From positions 13,517 to 77,516 of the IMG/VR virus record IMGVR_UViG_3300025655_000026: a DNA stretch of 64,000 bases. The stretch is one strand, 5' to 3'. Below the pieces are notes generated by a model, which was not told where the DNA came from, did not search any database, and saw only the letters and a program-made list of their open reading frames with translations. The stretch comes from a virus. Of the stretch, positions 1-8,929 are shown one piece after another (the stretch's first letter is position 1; each line of letters begins with the position of its first letter). Position numbers and translations under genes: made by a program.

Positions 1-315
1 GATAGTGTAGATATTTTTGATTTGTTTGGAAAAGCAGGTAAGTTTCCAGCGAGAGTTGCAGATACTATACAAAGAGATAAGGTCATTGATTCGGGAGAAG
101 TGGAATTAGGTATTCAAAGAAATGGCTATCATGAATATTTCTTAGAAGGAAATAAATTCCAAACTAAGTTTCATGTTAGATACCTTCCCGTTAAAGATAA
201 GAAAATGTGGTTAGCATGGACTGGATATAAGCAAAAACCTGCCAAAATAGAAGGGGATGAGGGTTTATGGAATATAAGAGAAGATAAATATGCAAATGCC
301 GAAATACCAAAATAA
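1..315 (+). CDS. C-terminal fragment of a gene entering the window; resembles a LigD 3'-phosphoesterase-like domain
   Basis: Frame 1 is open from base 1. The pattern 'IDSGEVELG...HEYFLEGNKF...MWLAW' loosely resembles the C-terminal half of LigD PE domains. Confidence 0.35.
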   Translation, partial: DSVDIFDLFGKAGKFPARVADTIQRDKVIDSGEVELGIQRNGYHEYFLEGNKFQTKFHVRYLPVKDKKMWLAWTGYKQKPAKIEGDEGLWNIREDKYANAEIPK

Positions 316-324
316 CCGTGTAAC

Positions 325-332
325 TTAAATAG
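325..332 (+). promoter_or_regulatory. archaeal TATA-like promoter (TTAAATAG) upstream of the protease-capsid operon
   Basis: TTAAATAG lies about 21-30 nt before ATG 353/362; the same octamer occurs at 3484-3491. Confidence 0.5.
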
Positions 333-352
333 TAGATTGTTGAACGAGGAGG

Positions 353-1516
353 ATGAAAGCCATGACGCTTATGCTAAAGGCTGAGAGAAATGATGAATTT
401 CAAATCCTGAAAAGCGATGAACTAATGATTGGAGGATATGCGAGTATTGAAATCGTAGACAAACAAAACGATTTGATTACACTAAAAGCACTTAACGAAG
501 CAGTTCAAAAATTTATGGAGAAAGATAGATTTAGAAATGTAATGACAAATCACTCAAATGTTCAAGTTGGAGAAGTAGTAAAATCATACAGAGATAAAAC
601 GGGGAGGATATGGAAAACAGAAGTAGACGATGTGGGCTTCTTTGTTGTAATTAAACTCCGTGATGATATTGAAAAAGCAAAAGAAATAAATAGAGGTATT
701 CGCAAAGGGTCGTTAAGGTCGTTTAGCATAGGAGGACAAGCGTTACAGAAGGTGAAAAAATCTCATCCCGAATTAGGTGAATATAACGAGATTAGTAAAC
801 TAGAATTACACGAAGTAACTATATGCGAAAAAGGAATTAACCCCGAAGCGAAGTTTGACATATTAAAACAAGAAAAAGGAAGTGAAACAATGAGCAAAAT
901 GGAAAAAGCATTGGCAGAACTAGACGCACTTATGGCAGAGGTAAACACTTTGCGTAAGGAAGAAATGAACGAAGAAATGGAAAGCATGGCTATGCCCGAA
1001 GAAGAGGAAGAGTCTATGGGATATTCCGATGAGGAAGCAAAGTCTCTTGTTCCAACAGAAGACGGTGCTGGAGTTGAAATCGGTGAGCCAGCAGACCGTG
1101 TTGTGATTGACAACGGAAACCCAACAGGTAGCGATATGCCAGTTGTTAAGGCTTTTAACAACGATGAAGTTTCAACTCTTAACCTTACAAATGGAAACAT
1201 TGAGAAGGCTTACGAGGCTTTCCGAGCAGAACAACTTGAGAAGTTGGCTTTCTCACAATTGCAGAAGTCTTTTGAGGCTCGCTTTGAAAAAGAACTTTCA
1301 AGCCGAGAAGATATGCTCGCAAAGCAAAACTATGATGCGGCAACTGAAATTGCTTCTCTTAAAGAAGAATTTAGTGAACTCCGCAAATCTTTGACTGCTG
1401 AAAAAGATGCCATTGTAAAGGCTCAAGAAGCAGTTCGTGCAAACATTCCATCAATGGATGACATTGCCTCAATGGATTGGGCTGATGTTCACCGCTTGGT
1501 TGGAGGAAATTATTGA
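353..1516 (+). CDS. HK97-family prohead protease fused to an acidic/coiled-coil scaffold region
   Basis: 'IGGYAS..VDKQND', 'H..VQVG', 'RSFSIGG', 'LHEVTIC..GINP.A.F' motifs; directly upstream of the capsid gene. Confidence 0.85.
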   Translation: MKAMTLMLKAERNDEFQILKSDELMIGGYASIEIVDKQNDLITLKALNEAVQKFMEKDRFRNVMTNHSNVQVGEVVKSYRDKTGRIWKTEVDDVGFFVVIKLRDDIEKAKEINRGIRKGSLRSFSIGGQALQKVKKSHPELGEYNEISKLELHEVTICEKGINPEAKFDILKQEKGSETMSKMEKALAELDALMAEVNTLRKEEMNEEMESMAMPEEEEESMGYSDEEAKSLVPTEDGAGVEIGEPADRVVIDNGNPTGSDMPVVKAFNNDEVSTLNLTNGNIEKAYEAFRAEQLEKLAFSQLQKSFEARFEKELSSREDMLAKQNYDAATEIASLKEEFSELRKSLTAEKDAIVKAQEAVRANIPSMDDIASMDWADVHRLVGGNY

Positions 1517-1525
1517 GGTGATATT

Positions 1526-2827
1526 ATGGGATACATTAACACAATTGCAGATTTAGAAGCACAAAGTTACGGACTGAACATGGCAGGATATGCTGGAAAC
1601 GATTTGTTGAAAGCGGCTGGCGGACTAAGTGGGCTACATACTCCCCACGATGGAGCGCAAACCGCACCAACAGGTTATTTGGCTAACCTTTACAATCAAG
1701 TTTATGGCCAAAAAGTTTGGTCAATGTTGAACCGAGAATGCAACGCACTTTCAGTTATCTCAAAGCGACCATACACTTCAAGCGGTTGGAGAGTTCTAAG
1801 TGAGCGACCTGCTGGTGGTTCAAGCGCACAACTTTCAGTTGGAACATCGGGTGCTATTGGTGCTTCCGCAACTTCGGCTGATTTGATTGGTGGTGTGCCA
1901 GAAAATCAAAGCATTGGTAGCGGTGGTCTTCAAGCCATTGCACCAACATATGCTCAACTATACCTTTCTCCAAAGACTGTTGCTCATCAATTTGAGTTCA
2001 GCGAAATTGCTTTGGAAATGGCAAAAATTGATGATGGTATTGGTGACATTAGAGCGCAAATGAGAGAAGACATGGGTAAGCATCACGCTGAAATGCAAAA
2101 CAAGATGTTGGTTATGCCTTTGGAATTCTACGGTGAACCTACCGCTTTGTCTACTCTAGAAGATAACTACACTTCACTTTACAAAGTTGTTACTTCCACC
2201 GCAGAAATTGACATTGCTGATACAGACAACCTTTACTCCGAAGCACAAGGCGATTTGATTAACAACATTTACGGCTCAAACAGAACAAGTGCTTCTTTCC
2301 TTGATGCTACTGTTGATTACGGTGACGGATATGTTGCGGCAGATGTGCGAAGTCTTACACTTACTCGTCTTAACGCAATGATTCGTGATTTGAGAATTGA
2401 AGGCGGTTCACCAAAGGTTATTTTGACTGGTTACGATACTATTCAAGCATTGGCTGACCTTCTTCAAGCACAAGAGCGATTTATGGATAGAAAAGAAATT
2501 GTTCCAACTGTGAACGGTGTTCGTGGTGTAAAGGGTCAAGAAGTTGGATTCCGTGTTTCAACTTACTACGATATTCCTTTGATTCCAGTCAAAGACATGG
2601 CTTCAACCACACATTCATCTGTTACTGGTATTTCCGATATGTTGTTCCTTGATACTGACCATTTGTGGCTTTCAGTCATGAAGCCAACTCAATATCTTGA
2701 GGATGGTATTACCAACGGAAACCCATTCGGTGTTGGTCGTCTAGGTAATACTGGACTTTACCGAACCATTGGTGAAGTCGGTTGTTCATTCTTTAAGGGT
2801 CAAGGCAAGATTACGAACCTTCAATGA
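1526..2827 (+). CDS. major capsid protein (HK97 fold)
   Basis: 433 aa, follows the protease, GAGGTGA SD; C-terminal 'YYDIPLIP..M...MLFLD...QGKITNL' is typical of haloviral/magroviral capsid proteins. Confidence 0.85.
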   Translation: MGYINTIADLEAQSYGLNMAGYAGNDLLKAAGGLSGLHTPHDGAQTAPTGYLANLYNQVYGQKVWSMLNRECNALSVISKRPYTSSGWRVLSERPAGGSSAQLSVGTSGAIGASATSADLIGGVPENQSIGSGGLQAIAPTYAQLYLSPKTVAHQFEFSEIALEMAKIDDGIGDIRAQMREDMGKHHAEMQNKMLVMPLEFYGEPTALSTLEDNYTSLYKVVTSTAEIDIADTDNLYSEAQGDLINNIYGSNRTSASFLDATVDYGDGYVAADVRSLTLTRLNAMIRDLRIEGGSPKVILTGYDTIQALADLLQAQERFMDRKEIVPTVNGVRGVKGQEVGFRVSTYYDIPLIPVKDMASTTHSSVTGISDMLFLDTDHLWLSVMKPTQYLEDGITNGNPFGVGRLGNTGLYRTIGEVGCSFFKGQGKITNLQ

Positions 2828-2837
2828 GGTGATTTAA

Positions 2838-3104
2838 GTGGCTTTTTCATATACAGTTACTTCAAACACCGTGTTTGGTAATAAGCGAATTGTCTTTGGA
2901 AGTTTCACCAATGGCGTAAGTGATACTGGCGGAGAAGTTGCTACTGGTCTAAAAACAGTAGATTTCTTCATTCCTATCGGTAGTAGCCTACCTCTAACGG
3001 CTCAAATCAATGAAACTTTCCCTCTTTCTAGCGGGAATGTTACGATTGTTACTGACCCTGATTTAGACGGATATTGGATGGCTATTGGCGACGGTTTGGT
3101 TTGA
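2838..3104 (+). CDS. small beta-rich virion protein (putative)
   Basis: GAGGTGA SD with GTG start, Gly/Thr-rich, immediately after the capsid gene. Confidence 0.55.
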   Translation: MAFSYTVTSNTVFGNKRIVFGSFTNGVSDTGGEVATGLKTVDFFIPIGSSLPLTAQINETFPLSSGNVTIVTDPDLDGYWMAIGDGLV

Positions 3105-3113
3105 GGGATTTTT

Positions 3114-3455
3114 TTGGCTTACATGGAAATCTCTGAATCATCACCATTAAGAAGATTCAAGTGCAATATTCGCTTTACAGAAGTTTCTGTGGTGAAGGGG
3201 GAAAGAGTAGAAGTTCCTAATGATTGGGCTATTTCTGCTTTGAGTCATAACGACCTTCTTTTCTCCTTCACCGCAGAAGATGAAGCATTCTTCAAGGGAT
3301 TGAACGAGGCTCGCATTGCTTTAATTAACAGACAAGTGGAAGAAGAAATTCTTTCCCCAAAGGATGCGATTGCTTTATTCATTCCAAAGAAGTCTAAGCC
3401 AATTTCTGTTCCTAAAGCAACACCTGCTAAGAAGTCTAAGGCAAAGAAAGAGTAA
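3114..3455 (+). CDS. hypothetical protein with basic K/A/P-rich C-terminus
   Basis: ORF in operon; tail 'KKSKPISVPKATPAKKSKAKKE'. Confidence 0.6.
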   Translation: MAYMEISESSPLRRFKCNIRFTEVSVVKGERVEVPNDWAISALSHNDLLFSFTAEDEAFFKGLNEARIALINRQVEEEILSPKDAIALFIPKKSKPISVPKATPAKKSKAKKE

Positions 3456-3483
3456 TCTTTCAGCCATAGATTTTGGAATTGAA

Positions 3484-3491
3484 TTAAATAG
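3484..3491 (+). promoter_or_regulatory. TATA-like promoter (TTAAATAG)
   Basis: Same octamer as 325-332, in the gap before 3527. Confidence 0.45.
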
Positions 3492-3526
3492 GTGAACACA
3501 TAAGGACATAAACAGGGGAACTTAGT

Positions 3527-3820
3527 ATGGGGTTTGCTGGTGGTTGTAGAACAAGTGGAGTATTGACTGCGAGTGCAGTTGTCACAAAGGGTAGAGCATT
3601 ATTGGTTAGTGTTCATGCTTGTGAAGTTGGCGGAACTACACCCGTTACAATTAAAATCTACGATGGCACTTCATCAAGTGGAAAAGAAATTGCTAGGCTA
3701 AATATTGCCGCAGGTCAAACAATTGAGTTTGATATGCATGGTGTTATTTGCGACAATGGAATTTACTTTGAAGAAGTTGCGGCAGGTGGAGATTCAGCAG
3801 TCTCTATTGAGTTTGCTTGA
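3527..3820 (+). CDS. small beta-rich hypothetical (probable virion) protein
   Basis: 97 aa, 'IKIYDGTSSSG...GIYF' pattern, located in the structural region. Confidence 0.5.
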   Translation: MGFAGGCRTSGVLTASAVVTKGRALLVSVHACEVGGTTPVTIKIYDGTSSSGKEIARLNIAAGQTIEFDMHGVICDNGIYFEEVAAGGDSAVSIEFA

Positions 3821-3829
3821 GGCGTTATT

Positions 3830-4234
3830 ATGGCGGCATTGAATCACGATACTAGACTAGTTATGACTATTCTTTTTGTTGGAACACTTAGCGGAGCGAA
3901 TGTATTCTTTTATGCTCAATACGGAACAGGATTTCCTTATGGGCCGATGACGCATTCTGTTCTCTTTGGGCTAGGAACAATTGGTTCTATTATGGTCATG
4001 AAAGCCGTCTTTGATTTGGCTCTCAATGATAAAATTGAACTATGGCTTCTTGATAGAAAGATTTCAGCATATTGGGCTAGAAAGGCTAGAGATGCTGAAC
4101 AGCGAACTAAATTAGTAGAAAGCGCAAAGCAATACTCTAACAACTTCGGTTCTTCTCCATTCCAACAACCTCAAATGCTAAGTCAAGAAGATTCCAATTC
4201 AGTTGGAAATGAATTTTTGATTGGGCTACAATGA
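3830..4234 (+). CDS. membrane protein (2 predicted TM helices, Q-rich tail)
   Basis: Hydrophobic runs 'LVMTILFVGTLSGANVFFYA' and 'VLFGLGTIGSIMVMKAVFDLAL'. Confidence 0.7.
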   Translation: MAALNHDTRLVMTILFVGTLSGANVFFYAQYGTGFPYGPMTHSVLFGLGTIGSIMVMKAVFDLALNDKIELWLLDRKISAYWARKARDAEQRTKLVESAKQYSNNFGSSPFQQPQMLSQEDSNSVGNEFLIGLQ

Positions 4235-4243
4235 GGGTTATGA

Positions 4244-4459
4244 ATGCTAGGCGACATACTAGGTATGACCGATACTGACTTCATGTATAACCAAAGCAGA
4301 GCGCATTCTGCTGACATTTTCTTTTTGAAAATGAGAGCATGGTTTTGGGGCAGTTGTGCTACATTGTCGGCTTTATTGATTGGTAACATCATGGGAGTAT
4401 TTGATTTAAATATCATGGGTTGGTTGATTGAGTCTGTAAAGTCCTTTTGGGGGCATTAG
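4244..4459 (+). CDS. small membrane protein
   Basis: TM segment 'AWFWGSCATLSALLIGNIMGVF' plus amphipathic C-terminus. Confidence 0.65.
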   Translation: MLGDILGMTDTDFMYNQSRAHSADIFFLKMRAWFWGSCATLSALLIGNIMGVFDLNIMGWLIESVKSFWGH

Positions 4460-4460
4460 G

Positions 4461-5123
4461 GTGTCGCTACTAACAGGCTTTGCCGTTGTAATAACAGAAG
4501 CGGTCTTCTCTGTTTACAAAAAACTACACGCAATTAACTTCGGAGTCTATGGGGCGACAATGGTTGGCAAAACTACTTTGGCTCATCAACTTACTACGAG
4601 AGGAGAAGTTCAACAAATAAACGAAAGAACGGTTGGGCTACATAGAGCATCAAGAAAGTCAATAAAAATTGATGGCCAAACAAATACCATTAAGAGTGCT
4701 GATTTAGGAGGAGAAGCAATCTATTGGAAAGAATGGGTTAAAGATATGCAATTAAGAAAGCCAAAATATATTATTTTCATGATAGACCATAGGCACTTAG
4801 ATAATTCTTCAAATCTTGACCATCAAGTAGCATGGAAGTTTCTTGTAGATACTGTTTGCTCATCAATGTGGCCTACTGGAAAGAAAAAGAAAGAAGAAGA
4901 CTATCCTTTAGCCATAGGTATTTGGGCTAATAAATATGATATTTGGGGAAAGAAATATGATAACGATGAGCCTATTGAAAAACATGAAATATTTGAACCG
5001 TTTAAGTATGGAATGAGGAAGTTGAACGAGAAGGGAATACCCTGTTTCAAATATATTGTTTCAGCAAAATCTGACCCCGAAATGGTGTATAGAGGAATTA
5101 TTACAATGATAAAGGATTACTGA
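4461..5123 (+). CDS. Ras-superfamily small GTPase, Arf/Sar1-like
   Basis: G1 GATMVGKTT, G2 Thr (RTVG), G3 DLGGE, G4 NKYD, G5 SAK; hydrophobic N-terminal helix. Confidence 0.85.
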   Translation: MSLLTGFAVVITEAVFSVYKKLHAINFGVYGATMVGKTTLAHQLTTRGEVQQINERTVGLHRASRKSIKIDGQTNTIKSADLGGEAIYWKEWVKDMQLRKPKYIIFMIDHRHLDNSSNLDHQVAWKFLVDTVCSSMWPTGKKKKEEDYPLAIGIWANKYDIWGKKYDNDEPIEKHEIFEPFKYGMRKLNEKGIPCFKYIVSAKSDPEMVYRGIITMIKDY

Positions 5124-5128
5124 TTATT

Positions 5129-5656
5129 ATGTGGAAAGATATTCTTAAGGCTCTTGAAAGAATTGCTTTGAGTGATAAGGATAAAATAAAAATAGAAAAA
5201 GTTCCACAAGAAGTTTCATTCAAACCCAATGGACTATGGTATTCATTTAGTTTAGGAAGTGGCTGGATGAGAGGAAATATGTTAGATTATGGCTGGTTAG
5301 AATCATATCAATATATGTTATACTTAGATACTTCCGAATTAAACATTTTACAAATTAAAAACTTAGAAGATGCTAATGCTTTTTATAGCAGATGGAATCG
5401 TGGAAAACGCAGAAACCAATGGGATAGTGTTGCTTTTTACTATGATGGAGTAGAATTATTAAACTATAATAATTGGGTTGAAAAATATGGTAGCGATAAT
5501 CCTGTTATGGAAGAATTTGGTGGATGGGATATGGATTCGGGATGTATTTGGAATACTCAAAATTTAAAAGTTAAAAAAGTCAAACCTATTGAAGAACGCC
5601 ACTACAAAAGACAACATAAAGAACAATTGAGTTTATATGATGATATAGAGGAGTGA
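5129..5656 (+). CDS. hypothetical protein starting MWKDILK; possible ADP-ribosyltransferase-like fold
   Basis: 'KPNGLWYS...YDGV...GWDMDSGCIWN'; the fold guess is weak. Confidence 0.45.
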   Translation: MWKDILKALERIALSDKDKIKIEKVPQEVSFKPNGLWYSFSLGSGWMRGNMLDYGWLESYQYMLYLDTSELNILQIKNLEDANAFYSRWNRGKRRNQWDSVAFYYDGVELLNYNNWVEKYGSDNPVMEEFGGWDMDSGCIWNTQNLKVKKVKPIEERHYKRQHKEQLSLYDDIEE

Positions 5657-5660
5657 TTAA

Positions 5661-6371
5661 ATGTATCAACAACCAAACATTATAGGAATGCAACAACAAC
5701 CAATGGGTTTTCAAAATCCACAAGGGGCAAATGTAATGAATGCTTTTTTACCAAAATTACCTAGAGCGAGAAGTGCAGGTATTATTGAAGAGTATATTTA
5801 CGATGAGCAAAAGCCAAAGAAAAAACTTAAGGAAATTAAAAAAGTTCTTCTTCCCGAAAAGAAAAAGTTTCTTTTCTTTAAATATGGTAAAAAGTTTAAT
5901 TTAAAAGACAGATGTATTGTTTGCGGAACTCAACATTTTTGGGAGGCTGGAGATACATTAAGACCGCCTATTCCATTAACAGAAGTTACAAAAGGTAGAC
6001 CGATGAAAGGAACATATTGTCCTAAACACGCTAGCACATTTATGCAAATGGAAATGCTTGAACAACAAATACTTGCAGAAGAAAATGGGTTAGAATTTAC
6101 TGCGTTTAAACCTAAAATGCCAAAGGTTCTAAAAAGTGGCCCAATCAATAACCTTAACAAAGCAGATGTTATGGCTCTAACTGCGACAGGATGGATAATC
6201 AAGCCACCGAGCATTTCTACAACGGAGTCGGCCACACAAGAAGCGCATAGAATCGTTAATGAAATTAATATTTTAACAGAACAATTAAACTACTTGATGA
6301 TACACAAAGGAGTTGAGGCAAATGGGAGTAAGCACGAATACATTGAATTCAGCAATGACGGCACAGAATGA
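5661..6371 (+). CDS. Q/P-rich protein with a putative Zn finger (CIVC...CPKH)
   Basis: N-terminus 'MYQQPNIIGMQQQPMGFQNPQG'; CxxC and CxxH pairs. Confidence 0.65.
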   Translation: MYQQPNIIGMQQQPMGFQNPQGANVMNAFLPKLPRARSAGIIEEYIYDEQKPKKKLKEIKKVLLPEKKKFLFFKYGKKFNLKDRCIVCGTQHFWEAGDTLRPPIPLTEVTKGRPMKGTYCPKHASTFMQMEMLEQQILAEENGLEFTAFKPKMPKVLKSGPINNLNKADVMALTATGWIIKPPSISTTESATQEAHRIVNEINILTEQLNYLMIHKGVEANGSKHEYIEFSNDGTE

Positions 6372-6963
6372 TGCGACATTTAAGACGGTGAATAACCTCT
6401 TGTCGCTTCAAGATAATCATGTTGAAGAATTTCTTCAATATCATGGTGAATCGTTTTTGGGCGCATTAGAAAAAATGATGGAAGATGTTACTGAAAGAGT
6501 AGTTTCACAAATGTTAGCAAAACTAGCATTTATTCAAGACGGTGGAAACATAAAGGTTAATGCTGATTCTTTAAGAGAATATGAAAGAATTACTCAAGAG
6601 AATATTGATTTGGATATTCAAAAGATTCTAAGTGCGGCATTAAATGCAGAAATTATTAATCAACGAAAGATGGCTAAATCTCAATACCTTGAATCACAAG
6701 GCTTTGGTAATCCAGCAGGAATGCAGGGAGTTCAAGTTGCTCAAGGTGCATATGGTCAAAGCCAACAAATGTATGCTCAAGGATTTAATGCTACTCAAAA
6801 CGGAAGTGGCTATCCAGTTCCACCAGCAGGACAAGATGGATATGGAAGACCATATTGGATTGACCCACAAACAGGACAAATGAGTTATGAGCCTCCTAAG
6901 AGTGGTTTGGGATTAATGAATGTTGCACAAAAAGGGGCGGCTTGGGCTAAGTGGTTAATGTGA
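6322..6963 (+). CDS. helical protein with a Q/G/Y-rich linker and WW-like C-terminal motif
   Basis: ATG at 6322; 'GRPYWIDPQTGQMSYEPP' resembles the second half of the WW consensus. Confidence 0.6.
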   Translation: MGVSTNTLNSAMTAQNDATFKTVNNLLSLQDNHVEEFLQYHGESFLGALEKMMEDVTERVVSQMLAKLAFIQDGGNIKVNADSLREYERITQENIDLDIQKILSAALNAEIINQRKMAKSQYLESQGFGNPAGMQGVQVAQGAYGQSQQMYAQGFNATQNGSGYPVPPAGQDGYGRPYWIDPQTGQMSYEPPKSGLGLMNVAQKGAAWAKWLM

Positions 6964-6973
6964 GGAGATTTGA

Positions 6974-8929
6974 ATGGCAGTTCAAATCTTTTGGAATAAT
7001 CGTAAAATAGATATGAGCGATGCAAAGGCTCTTTTAAAAGCCGAAATGTTGGGCTATATTATGGGAACAGAAGAATCTAGAACATTCATACCAAATCTTA
7101 ATGAAGCCGAAAGAAAGTTTGATGATAGTGATTATGAAAATTATCCCGAAGAAGATATGGAAAAAATGTATATAGAATTTGAAAAAATGCTAAACGAAAT
7201 TCTTGAAATGTCACTAGATGATGTAATCAGTCAATTACCACAAAAAAAATATGGTAATTTGGCAGAAAGAGTTCAAGAACGAAAAGAACAAATTGAAAAT
7301 AAAAAACTTAAAGATTTATTAGAAGGCAACACTATTAATATGATTAGTGGTGCTGGCGCATATGAATTGGGTAGAAAACTAGAAGGACTACCAATGATAG
7401 ATTTCTTTGAAGAAATTAAAGGACAGACTGTTGAATTAGATTTTGTTTTTAAACAAAGAATAAAAGATGATAAGTCTTCTTTTATAATAACAACAACAAA
7501 CCCTAAAAATGAAGAAATACACAATATTACAATTGGCTTTTCTGACCATTCTACCGTTAGAGATGTTAAAGAAAAAGCCTTAGAAAAATATGGTATTTAC
7601 AATGCAGGTTTTACAGAAGCGAGAAAAAAAGACCCGTATGTTGTATCTAAAGGAAAGGAAACAATAAAATTTAATCTTGACTTGGCTGAAATTTTAAAAG
7701 ATGGTAAACTTCTACCTAAAGGAACATTAGTAGAATTAACTCCTGAATTAGACGAAAATGGCGACCACGCATTTATAGAAATTGATAAAGATGGTAAAAA
7801 AATAAAAAAACTATTGTATAAAGAAATTGGCAAAAGAACTCTTAAAACTAAAGAGTATGAAGAAATATTAGAACGAATCAAAACACAAAAAATAGATGAA
7901 GATATTATTTCAATAGATGATAAGCCATATCGTTTAATATTCAACGAACAAAGCCGTTCAACTAACATTACTGATTGGATTGAAGAAGATGTTAATAAAT
8001 TCATAACAGATAACATGGAAAAATTTCAATCAGCCTTAAAACCTTATTTAGATGACCCGTTAATTGTGGCAACTGGAAAAGTTAATTTAGATATTAAGAC
8101 TAGTATTACTAAAGTTAGCGGAGGAAAAGAAGTAATAGAAGATATAGATTATGAAACTTACACACTAATGGAGGAAGAAGATTTACTTCCCATTGTAGAA
8201 GAAGACATTGGGTATTTAAAAGAAGACATTACTATTTATGAAGAAAATCTTAAATTGCTCAATAAAACACAAAAGAATATTGTAAATAAAAATAAACCTA
8301 TGAGAGATAGAGTAATGGAATATAAATCAAATATAAATGAGTTAAAGGAACAAAGAGAGAATCTAAGAGAAAGGATTGCTTCTCAGCAAAAAACATCTAA
8401 TTCAGCAAAAAAAATAGGATTTTCGGATGAAGAAACATTAAGAAGATATGACAAACTTATTGAAGAATTTTCCGAAGTAAAAGAACTTACTAAAATACTT
8501 AATTACATAGTAAGAGAAAGAGAAGAAATAAAAAATAAATTAGAAAAAACTAAATCGCTATTGTCTTCTCTTGAGAAATACCTCAAAGATAGAAATATTA
8601 GTGCTTTACAATTAATGTATAGGGAAGAAAAAGATAAAAAGAAACAGCCCTACGAAAAATATACTACTCAAGAAAAATATATTTCAAGAAATCCCTTTCA
8701 AGAACTTTCAAGTTTTTTGACTTTTATTGCAGAAGTAAAAACAAAAGGTTTGCCAATTTATTACGAAGTTATTGTTGATAGTATAGGAAAAATTGACATA
8801 AATCCATCTAAGTATTCTAGAACAGGCCAAAAAGGAAGAATGAAAAGGTCATATGATAGCGAAATTGCCGATGGACTTAGAAACATGGTAAACAAAATTA
8901 ATCGTTTAAAGAATGAAATTGGGGGATGA
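6974..8929 (+). CDS. large K/E/I-rich hypothetical protein with coiled coil
   Basis: 651-aa ORF; heptad-like region around aa 415-545. Confidence 0.7.
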   Translation: MAVQIFWNNRKIDMSDAKALLKAEMLGYIMGTEESRTFIPNLNEAERKFDDSDYENYPEEDMEKMYIEFEKMLNEILEMSLDDVISQLPQKKYGNLAERVQERKEQIENKKLKDLLEGNTINMISGAGAYELGRKLEGLPMIDFFEEIKGQTVELDFVFKQRIKDDKSSFIITTTNPKNEEIHNITIGFSDHSTVRDVKEKALEKYGIYNAGFTEARKKDPYVVSKGKETIKFNLDLAEILKDGKLLPKGTLVELTPELDENGDHAFIEIDKDGKKIKKLLYKEIGKRTLKTKEYEEILERIKTQKIDEDIISIDDKPYRLIFNEQSRSTNITDWIEEDVNKFITDNMEKFQSALKPYLDDPLIVATGKVNLDIKTSITKVSGGKEVIEDIDYETYTLMEEEDLLPIVEEDIGYLKEDITIYEENLKLLNKTQKNIVNKNKPMRDRVMEYKSNINELKEQRENLRERIASQQKTSNSAKKIGFSDEETLRRYDKLIEEFSEVKELTKILNYIVREREEIKNKLEKTKSLLSSLEKYLKDRNISALQLMYREEKDKKKQPYEKYTTQEKYISRNPFQELSSFLTFIAEVKTKGLPIYYEVIVDSIGKIDINPSKYSRTGQKGRMKRSYDSEIADGLRNMVNKINRLKNEIGG

